Positions 60,614-64,000 of a DNA stretch of 64,000 bases are shown here, in pieces; positions within the stretch are counted from its first letter, which is position 1; each line of letters opens with the position of its first letter. The notes under the pieces were generated by a model, which did not search any database, was not told the origin of the DNA, and saw only the letters and a program-made list of their open reading frames with translations. The position numbers and the translations under genes were made by a program. Source of the stretch: Leptolyngbyaceae cyanobacterium (lineage in GTDB: Bacteria; Cyanobacteriota; Cyanobacteriia; Phormidesmidales; Phormidesmidaceae); the NCBI GenBank assembly GCA_965263355.1, contig CBDHHL010000033.1, positions 1-64,000 on the forward strand, read 5' to 3'.

Positions 60614-63600
60614 TTACAACACAGTTTTTAGTGTATTCCAAGCATTAGTTAACGTGACCACGTTAACTGTACTATCGCCAAAAGCGACGATTTCATACGT
60701 CCTTTGATTTGCCTGGAAACTTAACGAACCACCATTATTGAAGCCCCCTAGCCATAGCTCAACGGTTGGAACGCCAGTAGATGTATTTGATTGAGCCCCA
60801 ACAACAGAACCATCTTTATACAAGGTTGTTGTTGTTGCAGCGGTCCTTTGTACGGCATGAACTCCAATGGTCGTAGTACCAGATATATTTTGCAGTGGAA
60901 TATTATTGTCATTGTTAATTGTAAAGGTGCCCGCTGCGCTGTCGTCTGCCTTGACGAATACCGCATCTTGCAGACTTCCGCTACGTCCGCCAATATCAAC
61001 CGTTACGCCAGAGTCATTGAGGCCAGAAGCAGTCCCCCAGAAAATTGTGGCTGAATTTTGAGCCCAATTGTTGGCAGGACTAGACGGAATAAAACCAGTT
61101 CCCAGGTAAGCATCTCCTACCGACCCATCCCCTAGTGTGTAGCCAGTTCCCGCAGTAAATGTTCCTGTGCCAACGACATTGGCGACAGTGGTTGCAGTTT
61201 TCAGATCAATCAATGCATCTGCAGCATCTTGACCAGCTAGGATTAACAATCTATCTAGTCCTGAATAAGTACTGTCTGACTTCAACGTGACAAAGAATTG
61301 ATTTATAGCCGCTTCCTGCGCTGTCGTATATGTCCCGTTTAATGCAGCCAAATAATTATCTGCATCAGGATCATTCTCTATAAACGTCAAATCAACATCT
61401 AACGCAGGAAGTTCAACATCAAGCGTTAATGCTGTCGGCGTTGATGCGGTTAAATCAACATCTAAAGCAGGCAATTCAACGTCTAGGGTTAATACTGTTG
61501 GTGTTGATATTGTTAAGTCAGCATCTAAAGCAGGGAGTTCAATGTCTAGGGTCAATGATGTTGCAACGACCGCCGCTGTCACATCAACATCTAGCGCAGG
61601 GAGTTCAATGTCGAGAGTTAGTAGCGTTATTGTCGTGATTGGACTAGTCACTACATCCGGAGTAACCCCAACCTCACCAATCAACCCAAAGTTACATCCA
61701 AATAAAGTCTCAGTTAAATCTGACGAGATACTAAAACCGTTCAGAAAATAAGCTTCGGTGGTCCCATCAACAGTCACATCGACCCGCGATACCGGGTCAA
61801 ACGCAGTGAATAATTCTGTCGGGATTGCTCCAATAAATGAACGGCCCAGGCTCAATCCGTGTTGCCATTTTGCCGCCCATTCTGCTAGATCATTGCACTG
61901 GCGATCGCTCACAATCACATCAGCATTAACCCGGATTGTTCCCTCTTTCCATTTGTGGGCATTCCCTGAGATTGGCTGGACCGTAACTGAACCCGTAAAT
62001 TCTTGGTGCTCTTCTGTGTAAATGCTTTCCTGATATTCAATATCCGGTGGCCGAGTTGAGCCGTCACTGGCCTGCAAGGTGAAGGTCAGGTCAGGATCTG
62101 GATTGTTCACCAGGGTCTCAGGATTGGCCCCCGTATAATTTTTGAAGATTACGCCCCTAGGCTGCTGAGTAACCTGCTCAACACGCCATGCCTCAATCGC
62201 AGGATCTCCGCTAACGTCAAGTACTCTAGTCCAGGTAGTCGTTTGAATTGAATAATCACGCTCTAAAAAGCGATTTAATTCATAGTTGGTAGGTGTTTTT
62301 TCGCCCCATTCCCAGAGGCACCATGGCCGACGTTCTGTGATAGTTCTCGAGCTAACTACGCCTAAAATATTGTCGTAAGTGTAGGTCGTGGTCGTTCGAC
62401 TGTTGTCAAGTAGTGTCAGCGCCGAGCTATTTTCTTCCTCACTAAACGCATCGCCACCGCTAAGCCCCCGTGCTTTACGAATCAGCTCAACTGTTTCAGT
62501 CAGTCGTTTAGTAATTCCGTTATATCGATGAGTAATCGAGCTATCTTCAGAATCTTGCAGGCCATTATTCGTATTATCGGCATCTGTCAGTAAAGTTGGC
62601 ACAACGCCAGAGTTATCCGTAGTGAGAACTCTAGGCTGTATCTGTAATTCAGCTTGGCGTTCTACATATGTGATAACTGTTTCCGGCGCGCCTCCCGAAG
62701 GGGTTATTGTTTTAGTCTCAGTGCTGGTCAGAGATGTGTAGCCAGGCCCAGGAACAGTGCGATCGATTACGCTAGGATTTTCAATCTCTTGAGCGAGGTC
62801 TGAACCGCCCGTTACTGTTAATTCTCCCGGTGGACGTTCGTCAAGATTGACGGGTTCCCATCCGTTCTCGCCAACTGCGTCTCCTCCAATGCCGATAGTT
62901 AGACTAAAATCAGGAGCTGTTTTGAGTGTAAAGTCGGCTGGAGTAAGCCTTAACTCTTCATTGGAATCAAGCCAAGCGACATATTTTTGAGCCGCTGCTA
63001 TTTCCCCAATCTCACGTACTGGTGACCGGGTAGATTTTTTCTGGACAGCTGTATTGACTGAATAACCGCCCGCGATAGTATCTGACGATGTTGTTAGTCC
63101 TATCTGAGTCGCGATATTACGAATTAACGTTGTGGGCGTTGTGGTTGTTCCCTGAGTGATTCCTGAGTAATTATTTTCTGGAGTAAACAGATCTAGTGAT
63201 TTTCCGAGATCCCCTAAGTCAATCGTAATCTGGGCCTGGGATTCATTGATGGGTATGTCTGTTTTAGGCGCTGCTTCCCTTAAGATGTAAAACGGTGGCC
63301 AAAATCTTTCATAACTTGCCCCTGTCCACATGCTCAGTGTGATCCGGTTCCCCATAGCCAGTACTTCAGCGCCCGACGGATTAGAAGCAGTGTCACGGTT
63401 GCCAAGACTAACTGTTGTGCTTAATTCTGGGCTTAATACAACACTGCATTCCCATGCCAACCAACCATTTAAACTATTTCCCGATCTCAGTTCGGAAAAG
63501 TCAATATCGACACTAATTAACGCATCAGAAATATCGTAGGGGCCGCTAATCAAAGCTCGATTAGCGTCTAAAATCTCTAGGCTTGCTGTCCAGTCTTTAT

Positions 63601-63628
63601 CCTGAGCATCAATAGTAAAAGAGGTCAT
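60614..63628 (-). CDS. Large tail-tip protein with internal repeats and C-terminal lectin-like domain
   Basis: 1004 aa; four LTLD(I/V)ELPALD repeats; LamG-like YKDG..LWLGG end. Confidence 0.7.
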   Translation of the reverse strand: MTSFTIDAQDKDWTASLEILDANRALISGPYDISDALISVDIDFSELRSGNSLNGWLAWECSVVLSPELSTTVSLGNRDTASNPSGAEVLAMGNRITLSMWTGASYERFWPPFYILREAAPKTDIPINESQAQITIDLGDLGKSLDLFTPENNYSGITQGTTTTPTTLIRNIATQIGLTTSSDTIAGGYSVNTAVQKKSTRSPVREIGEIAAAQKYVAWLDSNEELRLTPADFTLKTAPDFSLTIGIGGDAVGENGWEPVNLDERPPGELTVTGGSDLAQEIENPSVIDRTVPGPGYTSLTSTETKTITPSGGAPETVITYVERQAELQIQPRVLTTDNSGVVPTLLTDADNTNNGLQDSEDSSITHRYNGITKRLTETVELIRKARGLSGGDAFSEEENSSALTLLDNSRTTTTYTYDNILGVVSSRTITERRPWCLWEWGEKTPTNYELNRFLERDYSIQTTTWTRVLDVSGDPAIEAWRVEQVTQQPRGVIFKNYTGANPETLVNNPDPDLTFTLQASDGSTRPPDIEYQESIYTEEHQEFTGSVTVQPISGNAHKWKEGTIRVNADVIVSDRQCNDLAEWAAKWQHGLSLGRSFIGAIPTELFTAFDPVSRVDVTVDGTTEAYFLNGFSISSDLTETLFGCNFGLIGEVGVTPDVVTSPITTITLLTLDIELPALDVDVTAAVVATSLTLDIELPALDADLTISTPTVLTLDVELPALDVDLTASTPTALTLDVELPALDVDLTFIENDPDADNYLAALNGTYTTAQEAAINQFFVTLKSDSTYSGLDRLLILAGQDAADALIDLKTATTVANVVGTGTFTAGTGYTLGDGSVGDAYLGTGFIPSSPANNWAQNSATIFWGTASGLNDSGVTVDIGGRSGSLQDAVFVKADDSAAGTFTINNDNNIPLQNISGTTTIGVHAVQRTAATTTTLYKDGSVVGAQSNTSTGVPTVELWLGGFNNGGSLSFQANQRTYEIVAFGDSTVNVVTLTNAWNTLKTVL

Positions 63629-64000
63629 GCAGCGATAACCCCCGATTCGGTAAATTGAAACTGAACACTATCAATCCCATCAGATTGCTCAGTATATTCA
63701 AATCCCCTCTCATTCGTTGGCTCGGCTTGCCATTGCGGATAGTAGCAAATCGTATTAGCGTCAGCTGCTGTTGTGCTATTGGGCGCAATCGCTCTAGTGT
63801 TTGTCGTCCCATTCTCAGACCAATAATTTGTATAGTCATATATGACCCATGGCCCAGGAGCGCCCCAGTAAGCAGCCTCCATCCGAGTCAATGTTTCTTG
63901 CTGCTCAAGAGTTAAACTCCCAACAAAATTCCAAATAGCAAATCTGGTCTGTGCCCCTGTCCTAGCAGCTCCCCCTCGTTTGCCACGAACGATCCCTTTA
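63625..64000 (-). CDS. Tail protein, probably 5'-truncated by the window edge
   Basis: ATGA overlap with the next gene; QFQFTE end typical of distal tail proteins. Confidence 0.5.
   Translation of the reverse strand, partial: KGIVRGKRGGAARTGAQTRFAIWNFVGSLTLEQQETLTRMEAAYWGAPGPWVIYDYTNYWSENGTTNTRAIAPNSTTAADANTICYYPQWQAEPTNERGFEYTEQSDGIDSVQFQFTESGVIAA

Larger units (their letters stand above)
1..64000. mobile_element. Temperate cyanophage genome segment (partial; probably non-integrated form)
   Basis: Terminase, portal, capsid, tail, serine integrase, primase/helicase and RusA present; phage-type genes on both sides of the integrase; no host core genes; at least 15 HIP1 sites. Confidence 0.92.

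Noticed and set aside
1..64000. Full CRISPR array, diversity-generating retroelement or retron
   Set aside because: No regularly spaced identical repeats, no reverse transcriptase ORF, and no adenine-specific repeat pair noticed by eye

Overview
The whole window is one temperate tailed phage (HK97-type head), with no recognisable host housekeeping genes. At least 15 HIP1 octamers (GCGATCGC) and cyanobacteria-type families (DUF2811, DUF3854-like primase) point to a cyanobacterial host. Layout: leftward small genes and an operator-controlled array of single-gene cassettes (1-5.5 kb); a leftward ParB-DUF4417 gene followed by two genes sharing an MGRSSGGGGRSSGG N-terminus (6.1-8.5 kb); terminase, portal, MuF, scaffold, capsid and carbohydrate-binding appendage genes (8.6-24.3 kb); a methyltransferase and a PAS-EAL phosphodiesterase (24.3-27.9 kb); PadR and a large serine integrase (29-31 kb); a leftward replication operon with Dam-like MTase, HNH, split primase/SF3 helicase, origin-like repeats, RecD/Dda helicase and RusA (31-42.4 kb); a divergent promoter switch (42.2-43.5 kb); many small accessory genes; a repeat array plus membrane proteins and an FtsK/HerA-like ATPase (52.3-55.9 kb); and leftward tail genes cut by the window edge (58.3-64 kb). 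Best candidates for new biology are the DUF4417/Gly-tag cargo cassettes, the membrane ATPase module, and the c-di-GMP phosphodiesterase. All family calls come from motif recognition by eye; no database search was run.
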